Origin: Oceanispirochaeta sp.
Lineage (GTDB): Bacteria; Spirochaetota; Spirochaetia; DSM-2461
NCBI GenBank assembly: GCA_963663385.2
Contig: CAXXXD010000002.1
Coordinates: 1,152,001-1,216,000 of the forward strand
DNA length: 64,000 bases
Direction: 5' to 3'
Shown one piece after another: positions 9,855-20,000 of the stretch. How positions within the stretch are numbered: position 1 is the stretch's first letter; each line of letters starts with the position of its first letter. The position numbers were made by a program, and so were the translations under genes. The notes beneath the pieces are model-generated. The model was given only the letters and a program-made list of their open reading frames with translations. It was not told where the DNA came from and searched no databases.

Positions 9855-10526
9855 TTAAATTTCAATTACGTAGTGGTCATAAGCATTAATGACCGTTGTC
9901 TCTTTGTACTGTGTTACCCTTTTTTCATTAAGAGAATACAGATGAATATGCCCATGCAGCAGGTATTTCGGTTTAAACTTGTCCATAAACCATAAAAAGG
10001 ATTTGAATCCTATATGGCATGGATCCTCCCTGTCATGTATTCCCCTGGGGGATGCATGGGTCAGCAGTATATCCAGATATCTGCCATAAAAAACCTTATT
10101 CCACAAGAGGGACGGGACCATTTTTAAAATCCTTATAAACATCCCCAGTTCGGAATACTGATTATCACCTTTATTATAACGCATACTCCCGCCTAAACCA
10201 GCAATAATAAGATTTTTAGATTTCAACCGGACAGATTTTCCATTCAAATAAATGGCTCCGAAGCTTTTGTTGTACATGTCGTCTATAGCTGAACTGGCGC
10301 TTCCGAAGGCGGGCATTCCTCCCCTTTTAAACAGGTGGTAACGCTTCAGGTTATGATTTCCGAATACAAAATAGAGGGGCTTGTTCAGACTGCTGACGAT
10401 AAAACCGTAATACTCCATAGGGAGATCTCCGGCCCCCAGAACCAGATCTATATCTTTAAAACGTTTCTTTATGTTGGGAGAATAAACCAGCGGGTCTTTA
10501 TGGTCGGCAACCGTCAGTATTTTCAT
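9855..10526 (-). CDS. Calcineurin-like metallophosphoesterase
   Basis: ADH, GAGDL, FGNHN, LTHASP, LHGHIH motifs. Confidence 0.9.
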   Translation of the reverse strand: MKILTVADHKDPLVYSPNIKKRFKDIDLVLGAGDLPMEYYGFIVSSLNKPLYFVFGNHNLKRYHLFKRGGMPAFGSASSAIDDMYNKSFGAIYLNGKSVRLKSKNLIIAGLGGSMRYNKGDNQYSELGMFIRILKMVPSLLWNKVFYGRYLDILLTHASPRGIHDREDPCHIGFKSFLWFMDKFKPKYLLHGHIHLYSLNEKRVTQYKETTVINAYDHYVIEI

Positions 10527-11899
10527 TTGCCCTGTTTTGCCTGATCCGCTTTTTTCAGCAGCTTCTGCAGTTTATCCTTACCCAGCAGTTCCACTGGCCG
10601 GGATTCAACAAAATCAATAGCTGAGCGTGTAAACATGGAACTGGATATCATCATTCCCCTTGACGCCTTGATTCTCTGCATCTCTTCGTGAAACTCTCTT
10701 ACCTGATTCTGATCCATATTTTCCGTAATCCTGTAAAAATGGATCAGCCGAGGCTGTTTTTTCGTATTTCTCCACTGACCTGTCGACTTTTCCACAGCTA
10801 TCACCTGACAGCCCATTTTCATCATGTTCTGATCGGATATACTCAGGTTCATAACATCAACAAGGTCCTGACAGATTTTCAGGAATGTTTCATTGGATGA
10901 TGTGAGGAAATCCTTCATCCTGTCATCCTCTCTCAATTCCTGAAACTGACTGAGTTTTTCAGCTACATCTTTAAAGGACTGTTTTTTGGCATAGATCAGT
11001 TCCCACTGCTCAATAGCTTTATCGATGTTCCGTTTCTTTTCATGGCATAGGGCCAGGTAGTAACGGGAGAAAAGGGTCGAATCATCAGGTTTTTCAGAAG
11101 TCAGTTTAATAGCCCTTTCCAGTTCGGAAATCGCCTTATCGTAATTTTTCATGGCAATATAGCAGATTCCCCTTTCGATAAGGGCTTTTATTTTGAATTC
11201 GCTGTCTTTCTGGGCCTGTTCGAAGGATTGGATGGCTGCCGGAAAATTCTGGGATTCCTTATTCATCTTTCCAAGATAGTAATGGGCTTTGTAATTGTCC
11301 GGTCTGAGTTTCAATGCCTTCTGGAGGATCAGTTTTGAATCGTTAAAACGTTTTCCCTTATATAAAAGGGTTCCCAGGCTGAAGTGGGCCTCCGAGTTAC
11401 GCGGATCCATATCGATGGCCTTCTTGTAGTATTGAGCGGCCTGAGGACCTTTCCCCCTCAGTTCAAACAACTCTCCGGCTTTGAAATAGTAATCCGGATT
11501 ATAGGGTTCCATTTTTATCAGAAGAAGGTATTCCTTCAGAGCCTCCTCGGGGAAGTTGAACTGCTGATAGAGTTCCGCTATGGATTTGCGGAATTCCGGT
11601 TCCTTGCAGTGCCCGTGGAAGTCATTCAGATTATTGACGGTTTTCATCTCCATCAGAGCCAGTTCCGGCTTCCCGTCTATCTTGTAAGCCCTGGCCAGAA
11701 GGTAGTGGGCTTCACTGTTGCGGGGTTCCTTCTGAAGGATCTGCTTGGCCATACGAATGGCTTGTGCGCTTTTCCCGGCTCCCACCAGATCCGACAGATT
11801 CGCCACCCTTTTAGGCAATACAAAGGATCTGATAATAAAAAAGAGAAAAACTGCCAGGGCTGTGCCGAAAATTATTATAAGAATAACGATTATACTCAT
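10523..11899 (-). CDS. Membrane-anchored TPR protein with C-terminal Mrr-like (restriction endonuclease fold) domain
   Basis: Start moved to ATG 11899 (GGAG RBS); N-terminal TM; many TPRs; C-terminal VREFHEEM...GMMISSSMFTRSAIDF...VELLGKDKL. Confidence 0.8.
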   Translation of the reverse strand: MSIIVILIIIFGTALAVFLFFIIRSFVLPKRVANLSDLVGAGKSAQAIRMAKQILQKEPRNSEAHYLLARAYKIDGKPELALMEMKTVNNLNDFHGHCKEPEFRKSIAELYQQFNFPEEALKEYLLLIKMEPYNPDYYFKAGELFELRGKGPQAAQYYKKAIDMDPRNSEAHFSLGTLLYKGKRFNDSKLILQKALKLRPDNYKAHYYLGKMNKESQNFPAAIQSFEQAQKDSEFKIKALIERGICYIAMKNYDKAISELERAIKLTSEKPDDSTLFSRYYLALCHEKKRNIDKAIEQWELIYAKKQSFKDVAEKLSQFQELREDDRMKDFLTSSNETFLKICQDLVDVMNLSISDQNMMKMGCQVIAVEKSTGQWRNTKKQPRLIHFYRITENMDQNQVREFHEEMQRIKASRGMMISSSMFTRSAIDFVESRPVELLGKDKLQKLLKKADQAKQGK

Positions 11900-12037
11900 G
11901 GTTGCTCCGAAAAAAACCACCTTTCCAGGGTATACTATAATAGGAAATTCTATGGAAAGTGATACTTTTTTCCTGTATGGTAATAGACTAAACAGTTTCA
12001 CCGAATCTGTCAAACCTCAGAGGAGGCCCTTTTATAT

Positions 12038-12838
12038 ATGCAAATGAAACAAATAGGGACCCTGTTTATACTCCTTATATCCCTCTGTTCAATTTTCCCG
12101 GATTCCTACGAAGATGGACTGGATGCCTATCGGGAGGGGCGGAACGGCGAAGCCCGTATTTTTCTTGAAAAAGCTATGGAGGAGAATCCGGCAAATGACG
12201 GCGTCTACCTATATCTGGGAATCCTCTATCAGAAGGAAGGTCTGCTGGAACAGGCTGAAAAGGCCATGACGGCGGGAAGTCAGCTGGATGGGGTCAACCA
12301 TTTTGAAATAACCTTCAATCTGGCCAATCTCTACCATAACGAACAGCGGTTCGAAGAGGCTGAGGAAAAATATACCTACATTGCCGAATCTCTTAACCCG
12401 TTCCGCACCAGAGCCCTCCTTAACAGGGCAAATATGGCTGTCAGCAGCAAGGCGTATCAAAATGCCATCAATGACTACCTTAACTACCTGATGGAAGAAC
12501 CCGGGACTGTTCAGAAGGAGAATATCGAAAAGATGGTGGCCCTCCTGCGGCAGCAGCTTCAGGACGAGGAGGCGCAGCGTCTGGCGGAAGAAGAACGGAT
12601 CCGTCTGGAAGAGGAGCAGCGGCGTCTGGCAGAACAGGCTGAAGCGGAGAGGCTTGCGGAAGAGCAGCGTCAGCTTGAACTGGCGGAAAAGAGGCGGCTT
12701 GAGGAAGAAACCAGGCAGCGTGCCCTGATGGAAGAAATTCTGAATTCCCTGAGTACAGCCGGGGATGATACGAAAAATTTTACAGCGGACAGTGAAGAAG
12801 TTGAGGACGTTTTTGAAGAATCCGATCTTGAAGACTAG
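12038..12838 (+). CDS. Exported TPR protein with acidic coiled-coil tail
   Basis: Signal-like N-terminus, TPR motifs, E/Q/R-rich helix; start could be 12044. Confidence 0.8.
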   Translation: MQMKQIGTLFILLISLCSIFPDSYEDGLDAYREGRNGEARIFLEKAMEENPANDGVYLYLGILYQKEGLLEQAEKAMTAGSQLDGVNHFEITFNLANLYHNEQRFEEAEEKYTYIAESLNPFRTRALLNRANMAVSSKAYQNAINDYLNYLMEEPGTVQKENIEKMVALLRQQLQDEEAQRLAEEERIRLEEEQRRLAEQAEAERLAEEQRQLELAEKRRLEEETRQRALMEEILNSLSTAGDDTKNFTADSEEVEDVFEESDLED

Positions 12839-12901
12839 GAAAAAGACTGATATAAAACTGAACGAAAACTTAATAAATGGATTTAAATCCTTGGAGAATA
12901 C

Positions 12902-14968
12902 ATGGACAGAAAAAAAATACTGATTATCGCCTGTTCCCTTGCAGGGGCTGCCCTGATAGGAATAATTATATGGATGTTTCTCAGATCCCCGGGAGAATCA
13001 GGAGAGTCCGGTCCTTCCAGGAGAGACAATATAATCACCCTGGCCCGGGAATATATGGAGCAGGACGAGTATCAGCGGGCATTGGATCTTCTGGATGGTT
13101 TACTCATAGAAGATGCTGCGGATCAGGAGGCACGGGAGCTCAAGAATACGGTTATCGATCTGAAAAAGAAATATGATGAACAGAAACGTCTTGAGGACCT
13201 GAAGAGTCTGGAAGATCAGCAGGATCAGCTGCGGGACAGTCTGGATCAGCTGGGAGAGTCCCTGCAGAATCAGGGGGGAAGCGACAATACCGCCGAAATC
13301 CTGGCCCGTCAGGAGGAACTCCGGCTTCAGAGGGAGATGGAAGAGGCCCGCAAAGCGGAGGAGAGACAGAAGCAGCAGGAAGAACTCCGAAAGATCGAAT
13401 CTCTGATTCAGCAGGGGGAGGACGCCCTGAGCCGTAAGGATTACGGAGGAGCTGTTGACCTGGCCCGTCAGGCTCTGCTGCTGGATCCCTCTTCCTATAA
13501 AGCTTCCAATCTGAAAAGCCGGGCGGAAAAAGCCCGGGAAGATGCGGAATCCGAAGCGGAGAAGAAGGCCCGTGAAGAGAAGGAAGCGGCCATCCAGTCC
13601 CTTTATGATCAGGGTTTGAACGCCATGGAGAAGGAAGCCTATACAGAAGCCCTTCAGAGGGGGAAGGATATTATTGCCCTGGACAGGGATGATCCGAGGG
13701 GGCACTCTCTGGCCGGACAGGCTCAGTTTCTTGCTGATTCCTCCTCCCGGTCATCCCGGGATGATGCCAGGGCTCACCTGGAAAAAGCTGTCAGCCTGGA
13801 TCCCTCCAACTGGCGGAACTATGCCTGCCTGAGTGAAATCGCCTCTGCAGACGGGGATACAAAAAAGGCTATAGAGTATCTGAAGAAAGCTGCCGGACTG
13901 AATCCCCGGGATGCGGCACTGGCCTATGAACTGGGTAAACTTCAGTACCGGGCCCGTATGTATTCCGATGCTCTGGGTTCTTTTAAAAAGTGCGAAGCCC
14001 TGGAGCCCGGTTTAACGGGGAACTACTTTGCCATGGGATTAACCTACCTTAAACTGGGGCGGGATGCGGATGCTCTGGCTACCATGAAACTCAGTATCCA
14101 GTACAGACCGGATCATGCGGCTTCCTACTGGGAAGCGGGAAAACTGGCTCTGAACAGCGGTGTGACATCCATGGCCGTAACCTATTTTAAAAAGGCTGCG
14201 GATCTGGACCCTCAGCAGGGGAAATACTGGCGGAGTCTCGGATCCGCCTACTATACCCAGGGCAGTTATGATCAGGCCATCGGCGCCTATCAGAAAGCGG
14301 CCTCCCTGGAACCGTCCCGGGGAGATATCCATCATAATATCGCCCTTATCTACCTGGCCAAGGGAGAAAGTTCCACCGCCCTGAATTCCGCTGTCCAGGC
14401 GGTCCGGATCGAACCGGACAATGCTAAGTATATCTATACCATGGGGGAAATCAACGAGAACCTGGGGATGACCGACGGGGCCGTCGCCTCCTATAAAAAA
14501 GCGATTGAAGCAGACCCCTCCTATGTTAAACCCCGGATCAATCTGGGTGTGCTTTACGATCAGGCCGGTGATTTCACCCAGGCCCTGAAGTACCTAGAGG
14601 AGGCGGAAAAACTGGAATCCGGATCGGCTGTCATCTGGAACAATCTGGGAAATGTTCATCTGCACAAACAGGATTATGCCAATGCTGTCAAGTATTATCA
14701 GAAAGCCGTAGGGGCAAGTCCCTCAGACGATGTTATCCTTTTCAACCTGGCAAGAGCCTATATGGATAACCAGCAGAATGTGGAAGCCGAGGCCGTTCTT
14801 GGCAAAGTAATTAAACTGAACGATAAAAACTGGGAAGCCCGGGATAAACTGGCGCATGTGCAGTTTTCATTGGGTAAGAAAGATGAGGCTAAAGCTACCG
14901 TGGAGGCTCTGCTGAAAAAGAACCCGGATTATGCGGGGAAGGCAGAACTTCAGCAGCTGATCCAGTAG
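12902..14968 (+). CDS. Membrane-anchored coiled-coil/multi-TPR protein
   Basis: N-terminal TM, coiled coil, more than 10 TPR repeats; GGAG RBS. Confidence 0.85.
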   Translation: MDRKKILIIACSLAGAALIGIIIWMFLRSPGESGESGPSRRDNIITLAREYMEQDEYQRALDLLDGLLIEDAADQEARELKNTVIDLKKKYDEQKRLEDLKSLEDQQDQLRDSLDQLGESLQNQGGSDNTAEILARQEELRLQREMEEARKAEERQKQQEELRKIESLIQQGEDALSRKDYGGAVDLARQALLLDPSSYKASNLKSRAEKAREDAESEAEKKAREEKEAAIQSLYDQGLNAMEKEAYTEALQRGKDIIALDRDDPRGHSLAGQAQFLADSSSRSSRDDARAHLEKAVSLDPSNWRNYACLSEIASADGDTKKAIEYLKKAAGLNPRDAALAYELGKLQYRARMYSDALGSFKKCEALEPGLTGNYFAMGLTYLKLGRDADALATMKLSIQYRPDHAASYWEAGKLALNSGVTSMAVTYFKKAADLDPQQGKYWRSLGSAYYTQGSYDQAIGAYQKAASLEPSRGDIHHNIALIYLAKGESSTALNSAVQAVRIEPDNAKYIYTMGEINENLGMTDGAVASYKKAIEADPSYVKPRINLGVLYDQAGDFTQALKYLEEAEKLESGSAVIWNNLGNVHLHKQDYANAVKYYQKAVGASPSDDVILFNLARAYMDNQQNVEAEAVLGKVIKLNDKNWEARDKLAHVQFSLGKKDEAKATVEALLKKNPDYAGKAELQQLIQ

Positions 14969-15129
14969 CATTTGCGGTCTTTTGTCCAACTGCGGCGTTA
15001 GTCATAATAAAAATTGTGCTCGAGTACAGGGAGTACACTCCGCAATTTTTATTATTTCTGCCTTGCTTTTGAACAAAATCCCTGCAAATGGGTTATTGCA
15101 TGCATTAGTCCAACTGCGGCGTTAGTCAT
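14969..15129. repeat. Long palindromic (ERIC-like/MITE-like) element plus a partial second copy
   Basis: Nested IRs CATTTGCGG/CTGCAAATG, TTTTGTCCAA/TTGAACAAAA, ATAATAAAAATTG(15004-16)/CAATTTTTATTAT(15043-55); 22-bp direct repeat GTCCAACTGCGGCGTTAGTCAT at 14984 and 15108. Confidence 0.75.
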
Positions 15130-15137
15130 GAAATTGA

Positions 15138-17066
15138 TTATACAATCCTGCCGACCAGGGAGTACAACTCATCCCTGGTCAGCCTGAACCACAGGAGCCT
15201 CCCATGGGGGCAGCGGGGATTTTCCAGCGCCAGAGCCCCCTTCAGAAGTTCAATAGCCGCACCGGGATCTATGTGATCCCCTTCCTTGATGGCGTTCCGG
15301 CAGGACATGGTGGCATAGAGTTCCTTCTGCAGTTCCGCCGGTGAACCTTTCCGGCATTTGAGAAACTCGATAATCCGGTTTTCCAGGGAGAGGGCCGCCC
15401 GGGGAAGGGCGCTTAACTCGTACAGATCCTCTTCCCTTTTTCTGAAACGGATGCCCAGCTTTTCAAAAACTCCCTTCTGGGCTTCCATAAAACGGGCTTC
15501 TTCCGGGCTGACTTCAAACTCCAGGGGTATGAGGAGTTCCTGCACGCCGGGATCATTATTTTTGTAACGCTCGTAGAGGATCTTCTCATGAGCGGCATGC
15601 TGATCGACTATGTACAGATCCGTGCCGACTTCCGCCAGGAGAAACACTCCCATAATCTGCCCCATATAGCGGATGGTTTCTCCCGATGGGGAGGCTGCGG
15701 CAGGCATCGCTGATCCGGAGTCGGGGGACGGGCCGGACTGTCCTGTCCGGGGCGGATGGAGTTCCTGCCTGAGGGGCGGGGTTTCCCTGACCAGCTGGGT
15801 GAACCTTTCTGTCTGGGCTGCCGGAGTAGCGGGATATGCCCGGCCTGTAAAGCTGCTGTGTACCCCGTTACTCCCTTTCCCTGCGCTGTAACTTCTCTTT
15901 TCCGTATTAACGGGGGCGGGCCAGGAAGGAGTGCTTTTATATACCGGCGTGACAGCCCCTTCCCGACGGGGGAATGAGGGCGGCTGAAGAGGGCCGGTAC
16001 TGCTGCCTGAATCCGGTATGTTCTTTAGATCCATATCCATCTGTCTGACCTCCGGAGACGCCTGCCGGGGACGGAGGGGATTAAACTCCCTCAGGAAATC
16101 CTTGATCAGGGATACCAGTTCATGGTGAATCTGCGGACCTGTCCGGAACCGGGCTTCCCGTTTGGCCGGGTGGATATTGAAATCCACAAGCGCCGGATCC
16201 ACATTCAGAAAAACGAAGCAGACCGGGAACACCCCTCCCGGCAGAATCTCGTCGTAGCCGTACTGTACCGCCTGCATAAAGGCGTACTCGTCTATCCGTC
16301 TGTTATTGGCGAAGATCTGTATATACCGGCGGTCGTTCCTGTTCAATTCGGGTCGTCCCGCCACGATGGTAATATCGAAGCCGTCCAGCACGGCCTGTCT
16401 CTCAACCAGCATTCCCCCGGGGATGGCGCTGCCGTAAGCGGCGGCCACTCTGTCCTTTAATGAGGAAGGGGGAAGAGAGAGTTTCACTTTCCCGTCCATG
16501 GTGAGCTGAAAGTGAACATCCGGGAAGGGCAGGGCCTTTTCCAGAAAGGTCTTGCGGCAGAGGGTCCCCTCCGACTGGGGGCGTTTGAGAAACTTTTTCC
16601 GGGCCGGGATGGAGTAGAAAATATCGGAGGCTTCTATGATAGTTCCCTTTTCTCCCCGCCAGGGAACGGGATCTGTCAGTCTGCCGTCCCGGATAGTCAG
16701 CCGGTGTGTCTCCCCGTTCCGGGTACTGATAATGTCCAGGCGGGAGCTGGCGGCTATGCTTGAAAGGGCCTCTCCCCTGAATCCCAGGCTTCGGATATGC
16801 ATCAGGTCATTTTCCGATTCAATCTTGCTGGTGGCATGGGGGAGGCAGCAGAGGGTCATGTCCTCCCGGGTCATACCGATCCCGTTGTCTACCAGACGTA
16901 TTCTGGAAATGCCGCCGTTTTCCAGATTGAGATCCAGACGGGAGGCTCCCGCATCAATGGCGTTATCCATCAATTCCCGCACAATGGAATTGGGGCGGTC
17001 TATAACTTCTCCGGCGGCAATCTTCCGGGCTACTGATTCTTTCAGGACTCTGACGGCTTTTTCCAT
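15138..17066 (-). CDS. mutL: DNA mismatch repair endonuclease MutL
   Basis: IAAGEVIDRP, GFRGEAL, DQHAAHE, MSCRNAIK, CPHGR. Confidence 0.97.
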   Translation of the reverse strand: MEKAVRVLKESVARKIAAGEVIDRPNSIVRELMDNAIDAGASRLDLNLENGGISRIRLVDNGIGMTREDMTLCCLPHATSKIESENDLMHIRSLGFRGEALSSIAASSRLDIISTRNGETHRLTIRDGRLTDPVPWRGEKGTIIEASDIFYSIPARKKFLKRPQSEGTLCRKTFLEKALPFPDVHFQLTMDGKVKLSLPPSSLKDRVAAAYGSAIPGGMLVERQAVLDGFDITIVAGRPELNRNDRRYIQIFANNRRIDEYAFMQAVQYGYDEILPGGVFPVCFVFLNVDPALVDFNIHPAKREARFRTGPQIHHELVSLIKDFLREFNPLRPRQASPEVRQMDMDLKNIPDSGSSTGPLQPPSFPRREGAVTPVYKSTPSWPAPVNTEKRSYSAGKGSNGVHSSFTGRAYPATPAAQTERFTQLVRETPPLRQELHPPRTGQSGPSPDSGSAMPAAASPSGETIRYMGQIMGVFLLAEVGTDLYIVDQHAAHEKILYERYKNNDPGVQELLIPLEFEVSPEEARFMEAQKGVFEKLGIRFRKREEDLYELSALPRAALSLENRIIEFLKCRKGSPAELQKELYATMSCRNAIKEGDHIDPGAAIELLKGALALENPRCPHGRLLWFRLTRDELYSLVGRIV

Positions 17067-17078
17067 GTCATTAAGCTA

Positions 17079-20000
17079 TCAGAAAGTGATCTCCAGCTCT
17101 ACCCCCAGCTCATAGGCGTTCCTGAAAACTTCATGTTTTCCGCCCAGTCCCAGAGACATCCATCCCTTAAGGGAACCGAGATCGTCCACAACCAGTCTGG
17201 ACTCGTGGGTCAGTATGGTATCGTAGGTTGTATTGTCCTGATCTTCTCCGTCAAAATACCCTGTAAAAACAAGTTTCTCCCGGTGTTCCATGTGGTTCGA
17301 TTTTACAATCAGATGGTCAAAGAGGGGGATATTGATCCAGGCGTTCTCCGGTTCCCTCCAGCTGAATATAAGCTGCAGATCATCCTGTTTCAGTTCATCT
17401 TCAAAGTCGACTGTAAAGCTGTTGTCCAGAGCGATATCCCACATTTCCTCTCCCATCAGGCTGATATAATTCTGGTAGGTGAGTTCTTCCGGTTCGGGGG
17501 CCCAGCTTTTACGGCCGGACATAACATACTGGATGGAACTGGTCCATTCATCGGTTTTATAGAAGCGGAAGAGGGGAGTGCTGCCCCAGTCTCCGAAGAT
17601 ATTCAGGGCCGACTGAATCAGCTGGAACTCCCAGTGGTTTTCCCGGTACAGGGTGTCCTGATCCTTTATATACTCCCTGTCCATGGATATATCCATGGAA
17701 GAGGGCAGAAAAAGATCGCTCAGGTACGAACCCGGCATCCGGGAGAGGGAAAGAAATACTGTCGGGGTATAGCTGCTCTCATCAGTCAGGGTCAGGGTTT
17801 CTTCAAAGGCATTCATGGAATCGTCGCTGAATATCTCATGAAATGGAACGAAGTTCCAGAGGGGGAACTGGGATTCGATTCCCCTGAAGAGGGTATCCAT
17901 ATCGTCCCTGAAATCCCTGTGATCCCCCGGATAGAGGGTATTTTCCAGTTCACGGGAGTAACCGGGTTTCAGGGTCCATTCCCCCCGGGAGGATTGGAAG
18001 GTCAGGGGGAAGCTGAGCTCCGATTCCCAGCGGTTTTCCTGTACCCACTCATACTCTTCCTCCGCCCTGTATTCCAGGGCCGGTTCCCAGTTGATACCGA
18101 AGACTTCCCCTGTCAGGGTGAAGGTGCCTCTGCCGAATCCTTCCCGGCTTTCGATATCCTCCTGCAGAGGTCTGACATATTTAAAATCCGCCGCCCAGTC
18201 ACTGAAGTAATCACTGGAATCGCTCTCCCAGGCCGCTGTCTGATAAAGGTCCAGGGACAGACGGATACTTCCCGCATCAAATGGTTTGAGAGTGATCCAT
18301 CCCCCCCATTTCTGCAGAATCTGTTCGTCCGATCCGTCGCTTCCTGTGCTCCCCTGCAGGGTCAGGAGTGAGAAGGGGGTCAGGTAGAGGATGTTTTCCC
18401 TCTCCATCACATCATCACCTGGATGAAAAGAGCGGCTGTACCGGTCGGAAACCCATCCGAAAGAGGAGGACGAGGGGAGCCGGACCAGATGCCCCCCGGA
18501 GTAGAACGTATCGGTTTCATTCCGGAGAAGGTCAAAATCTCCTTCCAGACGGACATTCATAAAGTCTATGCCGCTGCTGAGCTGACTCTCAACCTGATTG
18601 GAGCGATCCGAAAAGAGCGAGTCCCTCTCTTCTGTAAAGTAATTCACCCTGTTGTAGACATTGAAGTTTTTCAGAATGGGAAAGCCCCCCGCTGTAAGCA
18701 GAATATCCCCCGGTCTGGCGTACTCCACGGTATATTCCGCAGTGGCCGCTGTGGAAAAGACGGGATCTGAAAAGTGAAGTTCGTCCAGCAGGAGGGTTCC
18801 CGAGGCCAGATCGGACATTCCAATCTCAAAACGGGTCAGTTCCGCCGCATCCTTATCAATCCCCAGGTTTGATACACTGGACGATCCGGAAAAGGAGGCG
18901 GTCCCCTCCCGCAGGTTCACTTTCAACTGTTCCCAGTCGGTTCCGCCGGGTTCATAGGACAGTCTGATCCCCTTGCCGTCGTTATCTGTCAGGCTGATAT
19001 AACCGGTTCCTCCGGTCCGGCCGTGCCGGATGTACAGGGACAGGATCCCGTAGTTCGAGGGATCGACTCCCTCCATCCAGGCTGTGCCGCTCCAGCTCTC
19101 ATCAGCCGCCAGGGCTGTCCCGTCCCTGCTGTCGTCTCCCCAGGATACTTTAAGGATTTTCTGGGTTTCATCTTCCGGGTGGAATAGGGAGGATACATCG
19201 GGAAAGGCCGTTTCCAGGGTAGAGTCCTCCACTTCAACCGCATCCAGGTTTTTCCCTTCCTGCTCATTCCCCTCCGCATCCAGTACTTTCATCAGGAGAG
19301 GAGAACCCTCTCCGCTGAACCCGGCGGCCAGAAGTTCCCCGCTGGACTCCCCGGATACGCTGTTTGTATTTTCCAGGAGAAAACGGTAGGACCGGACCCG
19401 GCTCAGTTTCTGCCTTTCACTGCTGGTAAGAGGCAGGGTAACCTTTTCCCAGCGGTTCTCCGTCCGAGGGAGGGTAATTAACCGTTCTATAAGGTAACTG
19501 CTGTTTCCCCTGTCCACGCTGCCGCTGTCATCGTTATCTTCGTTCTCTCCGTTTTCCCCCAGGAGAAGGGTTACTTTCAGGTCGTCTTCGCCCAGGTTCT
19601 GCCTGCGCAGATAGAAGCTGAGCTCCGAATAGCCGGACAGATCGATCAGCTCGCCGGTCACCGGGAGATAATCCCCCGCCGCCCAGTCATCCCCCTCCAG
19701 ATTGTAGGTCATAACCATAACCCGGGAAGAGAAGGGATCATCCGAGACCGCTGCAGCCAGCGAGGGGCCCTGTTCATCCTCATCAACAGGAGCGTCCCAG
19801 GTGTAGCTGTTCAGGTAGGTCTGTCCCAGGTTTGTGGTGGTGACAAAATCCCGGTAGATCAGATCAACCCTGTCTGCGGGGTCACAGCTGCTGTTGGCGG
19901 GCGTAAGGTTGTACTCCGGGGGAACCAGCTGGTCCATGGATATGGCAAAGCTGTATCCGCTCTCTTCCATCCCCATAATCCGGAAATTCCCCGCCGTATC

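Noticed and set aside
17133..18371. Long antisense ORFs (also 22606-23589, 29907-30938, 58174-59067)
   Set aside because: Shadows of well-supported genes on the opposite strand, with no recognisable motifs
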